Positions 26,428 to 38,975 of a stretch of DNA of 64,000 nt are shown here, piece by piece. Numbering within the stretch: position 1 is the first letter of the stretch; the number at the start of each line of letters is the position of its first letter. Source of the DNA: Octopus sinensis (taxonomy: Eukaryota); assembly GCF_006345805.1 (NCBI RefSeq), contig NC_043000.1, positions 143,468,001-143,532,000 on the forward strand, in the 5' to 3' direction. The translations under genes and the position numbers were made by a program. The notes beneath the pieces are model-generated. The model was not told the DNA's origin, searched no databases, and saw only the letters and a program-made list of their open reading frames with translations.

Positions 26428-27489
26428 ATGCGGTATTTTTATATAAGCTTAAAGCTTATGGCGATCACCGTGCAATGACTAAGGAAAATAGTCTAATAAA
26501 GGGGCACATAAGCCGTCGACTGAAAAAAACAGATTTCCTAACAGTGTGGGAGTAGAATCTACATCCCTTTGTTAACGCCACTAAGTGTGTTACCTTTACA
26601 CTAGCGAATCAGCTTCCATTTTCCTGGCAAATTAAAGAACTCTAATAGTTCGTGTTTGTTTTTTATATGTAAACAAACTTTCTATATGTTTTATTAGACT
26701 ATAAAAAATCTTCCGCACTGAAAGAATATGTGTGTGTGTGTGCATTCTTTATTATTTAATTGAACGCGACGCATCCATTTCCATATATTTTTCACATTTT
26801 AGATGTCACCCTTTACTCTATACTGATTTCTTCTTCCTCCCCTTCCTTCCATCACCGTTTTCTATCTGTCTCTCTCTCTCTCTCTTTCTCTCTGTTGTTG
26901 CTCACATCATCTTTCTTTTCCTACACTGACGTTTGCACCTACGGACGTGTTTTTCTCTCTCTCTCTTCTCTCTTTTCTCTTTAAAAAAATTGTTTCTCCC
27001 GGTGTTCACTATTTTCCTCTTATTCAATCTTCCTTTTAGTTCGGTTTCCTTGTATGTCTCCACTGTCAGTTTTGTTTCCAAACTTTGACCCTTCATACAT
27101 CCTAAATTTTATTTTAGAGCTTATCGGAACAACAGTCTTTGAAGACACATATTGTCGTTGAATGCTCGAAATGAGGAGTAGATAGACAGCCGACAACTGA
27201 TGAAAGGTTTTTCTTCTGTTTTCCTTTTTTCCTCATCGTTTACGCATTTCATGTTATTTGGACCGTTGGTGACGTCCTGTAATCATATGCACACATATGT
27301 ATATATATATACATATATATATATACTATTTATTATTATATATATATAAACATATATATATATATATATATATATATGCATATATAAGCATATATATGTA
27401 TGTATATATAAGCATATATATGTATGTATATATAAGCATATATATGTTGATATATATATATATGTACGTATATATAAGCATATATATGT

Positions 27490-27536
<47 letters not shown>

Positions 27537-28744
27537 ATAACACCCACACATTAAAATATGTATGTATATATTCATAAGCAACTTAAGCGCATATAGAAAG
27601 TCGTGTCAGTACCAACATATGTTGTTTAATTTATATAATAATGCTATCAGATGCCGTGTTCCTAAATTGAACCATTCTTAGTTCCTCTTTTATGATCGTA
27701 TAATTGCCAATTTATGTCACCACTTTTCTCTTAACTGAGTAGTGTGTGTTATAAAGTAGGCGATATTCATTATATTTCTTAGCCACGTTTTATGGTATTA
27801 ACGCTGGAAGCCACATCGACTGATGTTTCTTTAATGAGAACAACACAGTTAAATAAATTATGCTTGACAACCATCAGGAATTGTACACAAGTCTGAGATT
27901 AAAAATCAACTCACTAATATAACTGAGTGATACAAAGCCCATGAATTAATACTATATACAGATTTTCAAAGCGATTGAAAGGTATGATAATCGTGAAGTA
28001 ATTGTAATTGTTAAATACCTATCTTTTTGTTAAAACTGAAAAATTTCCTCTGATTTTTAATGAAGCTAGATTCCTGAATTATTAGTATAGCATATGTTAT
28101 TGTTATTAAATACATACAAGGTTATTTTGGTCGTTCGAGTACAGTCATCTGAGAACAGATTTTAAGTTTTCTTGGCCATTTTAGTGTATTAACGTTAAAA
28201 ATCTCTCATAACATCTAAGGACACTCATACACAAAACTATATTTGAATGTACGTGTGCGTGTGTGTTTGTGAATGTATAAATGTGTAGACACACACACAG
28301 CATACACATATTCTACACATTTCTATACGTAGGCACACACACACATAGTAAAAGACAGAGGGTGTGAGTTGGGAGAGACTGAGATAGGAAGAGATAGAAA
28401 GGGAAGAAGAGATGAAGAGCTAAGATCAAAGAAGAATGATTGAAATATGAGAATCAGTGAAAAGTTAAAAAGTTGGACAGATAAAGAGAGGAGACTAGAA
28501 ACGTCGGGGAAAACAAGATAATGATGATATGATGATGGTGGTCATGAGGACGCTGGAGATGATGATCACAAAAAAAAAATCAAGCAAAATTGAAAAGACC
28601 AATCATGATGTAGTAATACCATCATCAAAATCATCATTATTAGCTACCTTCACAACAACATCATTAATATCAACACGATTAAAAGTAACATACACTTTAA
28701 GAGTAACAGAATCTCCAAGGAAGTTATTAATTATTTCTGCTATA

Positions 28745-28845
28745 AGCACAATGCCTGCAATTTCGGAGGAGGGGGGAACGAGTGGATTACATCGGCCTCA
28801 GTGGCCGACTGGTACTTATTTTATCGATCCCTTAAAAATGGATTA
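28745..28845 (-). mobile_element. Partial family C-related SINE
   Basis: aatttcggaggaggggg...actggtacttattttatcgatcc matches the family C tail and core. Confidence 0.55.
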
Positions 28846-29036
28846 GAAATGATAATGATAATAGTATGGTCTGAAATGATCAAAGTTGAAAGTGACAGAA
28901 TAAAGAAACAAAGAAGAAATAGAGGGAATTGATATAAAGTAAAAGGATATGATAAATAATAACCATGAAATTTCATTAATAATAATAAATAATAATACCA
29001 ACAACAACAGCAGCAGCAACAACAATAATAATAATG

Positions 29037-29457
29037 TGTGCTGTATTAAAGAAAAAAGGAAACCAAGATAATAAATATTACCACACCTTGGGATGCAAGC
29101 GTAGATGAGAAAGAGCTGGGAAAGATGGAGAAATACAGACTACTAAAGGATGAAATTGCAAGAATGTGGGCAACGAGGAGAGTAACTGTTATATCAGTAG
29201 CTGTAGAGCACTCGAAGCAAAATCAACCAGAGAAATTGGAACTGACATAGATGCAGACCAGGCCCAGAATATTTTTCTGTTGAGGACAGCTAGGATTTCG
29301 AGATTGGTTCTTGAGTGGGTTTTGAGTGTCTTTCCCGATAAGCTAAGATACAGGTACCAAAACATATAATTAGCGAAAAGAGACCCTGTGAGACCTCTGT
29401 CGAAGGGTTGCTGTCCGCTCTCACAGAATCAACCAGAACGAGTAAGCTCGAGAACTC
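29037..29457 (+). mobile_element. 5'-truncated R4/Dong-type non-LTR retrotransposon 3' end (REL endonuclease + 3' UTR)
   Basis: Translates with frameshifts to INITTPWDASVDEKELGKMEKYRLLKDEIARMWATRRVTVISV...LLRTARISRLVLE, matching the D..(P)..KE.EK..KY..L..EI..MW...LG.A.I.R..L REL pattern. Followed by an AAC/AAT tail. Confidence 0.75.
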
Positions 29458-29509
29458 TAACATAATAATAATAACAACAACAGCAACAACGACAACGACA
29501 TCAACAAAT

Positions 29510-29815
29510 GAGGAGGAAAAATCAATATGAAAGGAATAGAAAAAATAGCCTCTGAATTACACAGACTATGGAAAGTGCAGGTAAAATGTAACCCAGTAGA
29601 TATAGGTACATTGAGAACTATCCCCAAAGATTTAAACAGATGGATAGTGGAAATAAGCATAAAACCAAGTTTAGTACGGCTCCAGAAAACAGTGTTATAA
29701 GGGGTCAGCTTGGATAGTTAGGCGGCTTCTGGGTATCTAAGTTTACCTGTAGCTCGATGTTAAGAATTTTTCGTTTGCAACCGTCTAAACTGTTGCGTGT
29801 ATATGAAACTTTCGA
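29510..29815 (+). mobile_element. R4/Dong-type REL 3' fragment (distinct 3' UTR)
   Basis: IASELHRLWKVQVKCNPVDIGTLRTIPKDLNRWIVEISIKPSLVRLQKTVL* then 3' UTR and (AAC/AAT) tail. Confidence 0.7.
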
Positions 29816-29842
29816 CAACACAACAATAATAAATGCCCTGAT

Positions 29843-30095
29843 GCAGTATTAGGCACATTAGGTATGATAAAAAATATCCAGGCAAATACATAACAAAAAC
29901 ACCAGAACTAACAAGTATATATAACATTCAGAAAATAGTACTACCAGGCAGCGCACACATCCTACGTAATACACTTTCAATACAGTAAAAATAAGATCAT
30001 CACATCAAGCCACTGCACGTGCCTAAGGCACACAGAGCTACGCTCGGTAGTGCAACGAAAACACGTGATAGAAAAATAAGTTTACGCGACGATAA
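29843..30095 (+). mobile_element. R4/Dong-type REL 3' fragment (distinct 3' UTR)
   Basis: VLGTLGMIK.(frameshift).YPGKYITKTPELTSIYNIQKIVLPGSAHILRNTLSIQ* plus 3' UTR. Confidence 0.7.
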
Positions 30096-30107
30096 AGATA
30101 ATAACAA

Positions 30108-30600
30108 GTACTGGAGGCGGAGAAATGTAAGATTTTGTGGTACATTCGTATTCAAACGAACAAGAAGTTAAGAATATAATAGACCAGACATAACAATTAT
30201 CGATAAGGAAAAGCGAAGTTGCTTACTTATCGACTCATCATGCCCTTTGATTTCACAATCACAGAGAAAGAGGAAGAAAAATAATAAAAATATACAATTC
30301 CTTAAAATTTGCAATGGGAAGAATTTGGAGCATGCAACCAGTAAAGGTCGTACCCATAATAATTGGTGCGTTGGGAACAGTAAGCAAATATATAACCAAA
30401 TATCTTAAGGAGACTGAAATAGAATGCCCAGTGGAGCTCCTAAAAATAGTTGGTCTCTTAGGGAGAGCAAAGATTATCAGAATTGTTCTAAGCACTTGAA
30501 AGACTGCTGTAAACTTGTTAATTCATAAGGCTAGATGTAGTAACCCGCCAACTACATAAATCCTACCAGGAGTAAGACCGAAGCTGAGCCAAACCATAGT
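30108..30600 (+). mobile_element. R4/Dong-type REL 3' fragment
   Basis: KCKILWYIRIQTNK...NRPDITIIDKEKRSCLLIDSSCP...MGRIWSMQPVKVVPIIIGALGTV...LLGRAKIIRIVLST* contains the RPD...D..K-type nuclease motif. (AAT)n tail at 30600-30680. Confidence 0.8.
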
Positions 30601-30604
30601 AATA

Positions 30605-30671
<67 letters not shown>

Positions 30672-31303
30672 TAATAATAATGTATAGAACTGTAAGAAAG
30701 AGACCATATGGTAATGTGGGGCATCCTATAAATGCCCCAAAATTACAATGATACGCCAAAGGTAAGTGAATCTTCACAGTACGTGCCCCATTTTGCAGTC
30801 AGCTAGAGGAAGCTTATTTAGTCGCTACAATTTTGCCGCTATCATACACCTTCAAGAATAATAATTATAAGATGGAAAACAACAACAACAATAATAACAA
30901 TAACACCACCAACAACAACACCAGCAATATTAATACTAATGATAAAGAGAAAGATTAATGCAATTTGGCATAGTGCTAGGAGGTCAGACAAGGATCTTAA
31001 ATAGTAAGTAGTCTTCATTGACCGATTTTATAGAAGGCTTGACAAAATCATATCGATTAGTAACATCATTAAAGCGGATGAATCGCAAAAGAAGGCAAGT
31101 TCAACTGGGTGATAGATAACATAGACAAGAGTCCATTCAGACAATATTTTCTGTAAAGTAGCGAGATGAAATATAGCGGCGTATTGGGAATAATACTGTT
31201 GCAAATGTTATTGTTATTATGAAATAATCTTCCATTACTCATTATAATGATATACATTATACATACATGTATATATATATATATGCTTGTGTGTGAGTGT
31301 GTG

Positions 31304-31376
<73 letters not shown>

Positions 31377-31378
31377 CA

Positions 31379-31442
<64 letters not shown>

Positions 31443-32087
31443 GCAAACACATGCAAGAATACACACACATATACGTATATATTTATACATAGGCATAGGT
31501 ATGTATATACGTAACTAACAGTATAAATCTTTTATTCGCTTCAGCTTGGTTTTAGGTAAGTACTGGACCACAAGAGAGAGAGAGAGAGAGTGTGTGTGAG
31601 AGATAGTGAGACATACAGATAGAGAGTGGGAGAGAAAGAGAGAGAAATGGAGAGAAATAGAGATAGATACTAGAAGAGGGAGGGAGAGAAAGAAAGGGAG
31701 AGCGACGTGAAAGAGATAGAGCGAGGCAGAGAGGGAGTATTGGTTCACATTAGTGTGAAACTTAATGAATCATGAGATATAATCAGAACTGTGAAGCAGA
31801 ATGAAATAATATTTATTTAGTTAATATTGTTGAGTCACTACTCAGAGTTTCTTGTTTCCCATTCATTTGAGTTGCACACGGAGGAGTTCTCTCTCTCTCT
31901 CTCTTTCTCTGTATTTCTCTCTCTCTCTCCCTCTTTCATTCGCACACACAGGCACATGCACAAACACATATAAATATATATGTGAGCGTGTATTCACTAA
32001 TCCTTCGACTATCGCGGGTGTTACATTCCAAAGCATACCGCGATACGTGAAAATCCACGAAATAGATACAGTACTGTAATGTATCGT

Positions 32088-32469
32088 GGAGGCGCAATGG
32101 CCCAGTGGTTAGGGCAGCGGACTCGCGGTCGTAGGATCGCGGTTTCGATTCCCAGACCGGGCGTTGTGAGTGTTTATTGAGCGAAAATACCTAAAGCTCC
32201 ACGAGGCTCCGGCAGGGGATGGTGGTGATCCCTGCTGTACTCTTTAACCACAACTTTCTCTCACTCTTACTTCCTGTTTCTGTTGTACCTGTATTTCAAA
32301 GGGCCGGCCTTGTCACTCTCTGTGTCACGCTGAATATACCCGAGAACTACGGTAAGGGTACACGTGTCTGTGGAGTGCTCAGCCACTTACACGTTAATTT
32401 CACGAGCAGGCTGTTCCGTTGATTCGGATCAACCGGAACCCTCGTCGTCGTAACCGACGGAGTGCTTCC
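32088..32469 (+). mobile_element. tRNA-derived SINE, family A, full length with TSD
   Basis: Same ~385-bp sequence. 12-bp TSD ACTGTAATGTAT at 32073-32084 and 32470-32481. Confidence 0.9.
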
Positions 32470-32672
32470 ACTGTAATGTATATTTTCATTTTTTATTCTT
32501 CATAGATCTTGTATACATTAATGTTATCATAAATGAGATGCAATACCATGGAGGAATCAACATAAGCTTATATAATAAACCGCGATAAGTGAACCACGAA
32601 ATGGCGAGGAATGACTGTGTAAATATATTTCAAGTAAGGGCACTATTGAGTAGCTACACAAGCTAGAAATAT

Positions 32673-32703
<31 letters not shown>

Positions 32704-32708
32704 CACAC

Positions 32709-32739
<31 letters not shown>

Positions 32740-33169
32740 AGTGTGTTTAACCTGTGTGTTAAGTTAGCAGAGGTTATCTAGCCGAGGACTCATTTACATC
32801 GAAATGAATGCGTTATGCAAATGTCATTTTAATGGGCTTTTTATGAGTGGTATCGCAGCAGTTTTTATTTTTATTTGCATTGGTTTAGAGGGAAAGTGAA
32901 GGCACAGTTAATTAGACTTGGTAAGGAACTATCGATAGAGAATATGATGGATAAAGATGGGTAACACCTAAAAACCTTCATGAATGGAACCCACATAATG
33001 TAACATGCAATGATATTGTGAATCGACTATTTCCTTGACCAGAGTGTATAAATTTTGCGTCTACTGAATTCAGTCACCTATATTTAGATAAGAAAATAAA
33101 TGCAAAGTACTCAATGGCCTCTGGCAACATAAACTAGCATGGGAATGGAGTCGGATTTAGCAGTTTAAT

Positions 33170-33965
33170 ATATTATCATTATTTAAGACGTCACACAGTA
33201 ACCCATATCGTGATTTTGATTGAAGATATCGTGCCTGCCGGAGGTTTATAATGTCTGTCAATTAACAACAAGGACCTCAGGCAGACAGTACTTTACACAA
33301 TGTACATGCAGCTCCAAGTAATGTGGGTTTTTGTGATACACCTACATTGTAGGCTATTTCTTAAGTTTCCAGATGTTACTTCAGTTTCGATGGTATGGAA
33401 ACCAATGTTCCGATGACAACAGGGACAAACTTTACGTTTAACTCTCGTAGCTGCCACATCTTAGCGATTTCACTTCTAAGGTCTCCATATTTTTAAATCT
33501 TTTCCTCTCTTTTTATGATAATCTGTTGAGCCCTGGCACTGCCGCCGTCGATTATTAGGCACTATTTTTGTCACTCACAGAGGTTAATAAATCTGGCCTT
33601 CGGTGTTCTAACACCATGTCTGTCTGGAAGTCCCAGAGGATTTTCACTTTCTTAGTTTATTTCGCCTTCGTTAACAATCTTGCATTACCATTTTGTCTAT
33701 CACTAATTTATCTTTAGTACATCTGCATCTCCTTCTACATACTTTTTATTCTGTCGGTAATATATCGTTCTCATTAAGAAATTTGTACCGTTCTGCAATT
33801 CCCCCGGACAAAAACTCCCATTTTACTTAGAGGCCAGAAATTGGTCTCTAATTGGCAGCGGCATTTCCTTTTGATGCATCCATCAGACAAAATACCGTTT
33901 GTCATTTTTGTCAACACGCTCATGATTTCTTCTTCACCATTGATGAATATATTAGATTGCTCTGA
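33170..33965 (-). mobile_element. R4/Dong-type REL 3' fragment, minus strand
   Basis: Minus-strand frames: VKILWDFQTDMVLEHRRPDL...KYGDLRSEIAKMWQLRELNVKFVPVVIGTL...LLGAACTLCKVLSA*. Confidence 0.75.
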
Positions 33966-33976
33966 GATTAATTTAT

Positions 33977-33989
33977 GACAACTACTTAA

Positions 33990-34053
<64 letters not shown>

Positions 34054-34080
34054 TTTTTTTTTTATTTATTATTATTATTA

Positions 34081-34158
<78 letters not shown>
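33977..34158. repeat. (ATT)n microsatellite (REL element tail)
   Basis: Direct reading. Confidence 0.95.
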
Positions 34159-34161
<3 letters not shown>

Positions 34162-34700
34162 GCCTGACTTTTGCTTTGTATTTGTACAAGTAGAGACCAA
34201 GTCTCACCTAGAGACCTCAAGAGACAACAAATTAGAAGATCATGTTGGGGTTATGCCTAAAGTGTCATATATTTAGTTTGGCTCAAAATATTGTTCTAGA
34301 GAATGTTTAAGAAATCATAAGAAAATTATAAGTTTGGTTTAAAATTTCAGATTACATAAACAGTATTATACGTAGGATATGGACAGTTCCCATGGGCACT
34401 ACTTTTTAAAAATTTCTGCCAGCTTTGGATTTCCTGAGCTAGGTAGCAATCAACCGCTTTTGCTCTCAACCCTAATGCACTTATGACAACAGGTATTGTT
34501 TTACTCTTGATGTTCAACATTTTTCCAATTTCTATTTCAAGATTTTTATATTTGCTCAGTGTTTGGTAGGTCTTGACAGATGCATTTATGGTGATTGGGA
34601 TACTCATATCGATTAGGATGCATGATTTTTGTCTGAAGTCCTTCGATATAATATATGGCCTATTCTCATCTGTCACTCTGTCAGTTTGAACGGTGAAGTT
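34158..34700 (-). mobile_element. R4/Dong-type REL 3' fragment, minus strand
   Basis: ORF 34347-34676 NRPYIISKDFRQKSCILIDMSIP...KYKNLEIEIGKMLNIKSKTIPVVISALG. The 3' UTR is homologous to 34890-35070 and 41120-41311. (AAT)n tail at 33977-34158. Confidence 0.8.
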
Positions 34701-34847
34701 TCACAGCAGTGAGATGTAGTCCTTTTCAAGCACTGGACATGATTTGTGTTCCTACAAGTTTTTATCATGGTGCAGGTCCAAGTTTTTGCAAATTACCCAA
34801 TGAATATACTATATATTGCTATTATTATAATCATCATCATCATCATC

Positions 34848-34889
<42 letters not shown>

Positions 34890-35070
34890 GCATGTTTGAC
34901 TTTAGCTTTTTATTTGCACAAGTTGACTCCAAGTTTCACCCAGAGGCCTCAAGAGACGACAAATTAGAAGTTCAAGTTGATGTTATGACTAGGGTGCCAT
35001 ATATTTGGTTTCGCACAAAGTATTGTTCTAGAGAATGTTTAAGAAAACTAGAAAATCATGTTTGCCTTTA
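34890..35070 (-). mobile_element. 3' UTR-only fragment of the same REL family as 34158-34700
   Basis: catgtttgactttagctttttatttgcacaag...gaggcctcaagagacgacaaattagaag...tattgttctagagaatgtttaagaaa aligns with 34160-34340. Tail at 34820-34890. Confidence 0.75.
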
Positions 35071-35195
35071 ATTTTTAGGGGTCGATTAAATAAGTACTAG
35101 TTACGCACTGGGGTTGATCTAATCATCTTAATCCCTTTGTCTGTCCTTGTTTGTCCCCTCTATATTTAGTCCCTTGTGGGTAATAAAGAAATAAA
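35071..35195 (+). mobile_element. Fragment of family C SINE (inter-monomer linker region)
   Basis: gggtcgattaaataagtactagttacgcactggggttgat...tgtctgtccttgtttgtcc...gtgggtaataaagaaata is the reverse complement of the dimer linker at 5790-5910. Confidence 0.7.
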
Positions 35196-35241
35196 TAATA
35201 AGGATAATGTTCATACTAATTATCATTAACAGTAGTAGTAT

Positions 35242-35275
<34 letters not shown>

Positions 35276-35751
35276 TGTGGTTGTGATGAGGATGGTGGTA
35301 GTGGTAATAGCAGCAGGGCGCCGCAACAGCAGAGCGTCGCAGCAGCAGAGCGCCGCAGCAGTAACGTATCAATAGTTTATAAAGGCTATTGTTATTTAAC
35401 AGAAATATACTGTAGGGGCAAGTTATCAAGACCCTCTTCGAAGTAGTATCATACATCCTACAATCAGGACAAACCAAAACTTCATATTAATATTACTTCT
35501 TCATCTATGATGTTTTAAATGGAGCATACCGGCACACTTTCTGTGAAATAATGACTGAACCTACGACACCAATGAAGCAAACTCCATACAACGCTTGATC
35601 GTCTAAAAATATTAGCAAACCACAATGACATCATGCTGTATGTCATTGTTTACAAACATGGAAACTAAGCGTTGTGTGGTGCGCTCTGAAATAACACTAA
35701 CGCGATATCATTAACTGATCTCTATAATAAACAACCATAACCTATAGGTAT

Positions 35752-35918
35752 AGGCGTGGCTGTGTAGTACGTAGGTTGCTTACGAACCACATAGTTCCGG
35801 GTTCAGTCCCACTGCGTGGCACTTTGGGCAAGTGTCTTCTACTATAGCCTCGGGCCGACCAAAGCCTTGTGAGTGGATTTGGTAGACGGAAACTGAAAGA
35901 AGCCCGTCGTATATATGT

Positions 35919-36006
<88 letters not shown>

Positions 36007-36208
36007 TTGTGTGTCTGTGTTTGTCCCTCCAACATCGCTTGACAACTGATGCTGTTGTGTTTACGTCCCCGTAACTTAGCGGTTCGGCAAAAGTGACCGA
36101 TAGAATAAGTACTAGGCTTACAAAAATAAGTCCTGGGATCGATTTGCTCGACTAAAGACGGTGCTCCAGCATGGCCACAGTCAAATGCCTGAAACAAGTA
36201 AAAGAGTA
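35752..36208 (+). mobile_element. tRNA-derived SINE, family B
   Basis: A/B-box-like head (ggctgtgtagt...ggttcagtccc), conserved body, internal (TA)n(TG)n, 3' end gaaacaagtaaaagag. Confidence 0.85.
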
Positions 36209-36611
36209 TAACGTTCATCTGAATTTGGTCTCCATTTGAATGAAATACAATGCTTTAAAAAAATTATGATTGAGTGAAGCTCTATCACAGCTAACATGTA
36301 TTTAATACACTAATTACGTGAATATATAAAATTGTCACTGCAATTAATAATCCATCGCAAAGGAACGGGGACAACATGGTTTGGAACTAATTTCGAAGCC
36401 GGATAACAGATACTGTTGAAAACGGAGGTGATTGTTAACAGCGTTGAATGAAATTCCACCGGATTATATAACCTAAAATGAATATGTGTGAATCAAATAA
36501 ATGCGTGTTGGATAGCATTGCATTGCCTTCTTCCAAAAAACATAAATCAATCTGTTTGCACTACACTTTTAGAAAAGTTCAAAGAGAAATATATATGGGG
36601 GTGGTTGTGTA

Positions 36612-36657
<46 letters not shown>

Positions 36658-36820
36658 GGGGTGAGAATGAGAGAGGGGGAAGCATTTATTTGTATTTACT
36701 CTATTGAGTTCTGATGAAGAAATAGCAAAAAAAGTGGGACAATGATTTTTGCAATCTTCATTTCCAGTAGATGTAGAAATTCAGTCGTTGTTATATTCAA
36801 GAGAAGAGAAATAATAATAA

Positions 36821-36851
<31 letters not shown>

Positions 36852-36855
36852 AATA

Positions 36856-36893
<38 letters not shown>

Positions 36894-37238
36894 TAATATC
36901 TGCAACAACAACAACTACTATGATAATAATGATAATAATATACTAATTACTCTTTCAATGATTTGTTGGAAAACTGACAAAAGTTTAAAGTGTGAAAAGA
37001 AATTGAACGCAGAAAATAGAGCAACTTAACAAAAGAAATATCATTAACGCTTTTCTTATTTAATATTTTTAATTTTGCTTTCTTTTATGTATTTATTTTC
37101 TTCTGCATGTTTCTTGCAGCAACAAAAAGTATTTACGTAAAGAAGGTTAATAAAGAAATTCGCATAATAGCTAATTAATTCGATATGATCCCTTTAAGTA
37201 GAATACATACATATATAAATATATACATATATATATGC

Positions 37239-37270
<32 letters not shown>

Positions 37271-37389
37271 GTATATATATATATGCATATATCTATATAT
37301 ATATATATATATATGTATTTATATATATATATATACATACACTTATGCACATAGACACGCACATATATCTATATTTATATGTATATAAA

Positions 37390-37445
<56 letters not shown>

Positions 37446-38770
37446 TAGATAGATACATACATACATACATACATAGAGAGTGAGAGAAAGAGAGACAGAC
37501 ACATGGAGACAGAGAGGAGTGGAGGAATGGATTGGCAGATGCATAGATAAATGAGGTGGTGACATAAATATAATGAAAGAAACACAAGATAACTTCTTGT
37601 GTTTTGTAATCAATTAGTTTCATGCTAATTTTTTTTCCTTTTAAAAGGATCTATTTTCATGGGCAAATTGGCTGGTTGCTGATACTTTCTATAACTTTGA
37701 TAATATTGAATAAGAGATCGATATTGCGTGGGTCTGAGAAACTAATGGTGTTCTAAATTTCAGGTTACAGTTGGATGATTCGTACCAGAGGGAAAGAATT
37801 AACGTCTCAAATACTGATTTATTCTCTTAAAGACTTCCACATTATGTCAGCCTTATTATTGAAAAGTACTTCGGCCTCGCCTCCGTGCGTAGATACATGT
37901 ACTAAAATAAAAAGGGATCTAATGATGCATTGAATATTTATTGAAGTTAAATTAATCTTCATTAATCTTCATAATGACAGTAATATTTGCAATTGTTTGA
38001 CTTAAACACATACACACATAACACACACTCAGATATATATGGTATATTCGGGGATATAAGCCGCGAATATTTTTGCCTATGTCAAGTACAGAGGTAATAT
38101 ATATTTAGATGCATAATAGTACATGAACTAACTGTTGCCAGGTTTCATTTAGTGCAGGAATGCTGGGCTATTACAGCTTTGCTCAGTTAGAGAAAAAAAA
38201 TTGATCGGTAGCCTGTTAATAAGTAAGCTAACAGTAAGTCAAATGAAGGCCATGAAATGGTGAGTTTTTTTTATATTATAGTGTAAAATAATGTACTAAT
38301 TATTCTCGTCAATAATTGACATAGAATTTGAATCTTGTGAAAGAATTTCTACTGCAGCTATTTCAAAGATTAGAAATAGTGATGGCTGTGCTTGAATTTG
38401 TTTTGCAGGAGTGAAATTTGGGACACAAGAATCTTAGTATGGTACTCAAAATATGTTAGAACAGTGACCTTGAAAGAAGGCTATAACATCTCGTTTTAGG
38501 CTCTAAAGTAAGTTGGAGCGGCTGTAAAATGAAATTGACGATAGCTCCCTTATAAAACCAAGGAGCTTGTTGATTTTATACAGTCGAAAAAAGGCGTTTG
38601 GGTAAAAACTTTTGATAACTATTGCTCTGGAGGATTTCTGATCTGTTATCGATATGTGAAAGTTTGAATATATTGTACATGAAGATCTAAAATCTAAAAT
38701 GATGGCCGCTATCCTATCAGTTACATGTATTGAATAATTGGACAATAAGTTAGTCATGTTTCTAAACAAC

Positions 38771-38975
38771 GCGGCGAGCTGGCAGGATCCTTACCACGCA
38801 AGAGAAAATGCTTAGCGGCATTTCGTCCGTCTGTACGTTCTGAATGTAAATTTCGCCGAGGTTCACTTCATTGTTCATCGTTTCAGGGTCGATAAAATAA
38901 GTACATGTTGAATACTTGGGTCGATATAATCCACTTAGTCACTGACCTCAAATTGCTGACTTTGGGCAAAAGTTT
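38771..38975 (+). mobile_element. Monomeric SINE, family C-related, plus orientation
   Basis: gcggcgagctggcagg...gcttagcggcatttcgtc...cgccgagg...gggtcgataaaataagtac matches the family C head and core. Confidence 0.75.

Noticed and set aside
27160-27240. CTGATGA plus GAAA-TGAGG/CCTCA-TC suggesting another hammerhead
   Set aside because: The motif order is incompatible with hammerhead topology (the core lies inside the would-be stem III loop).
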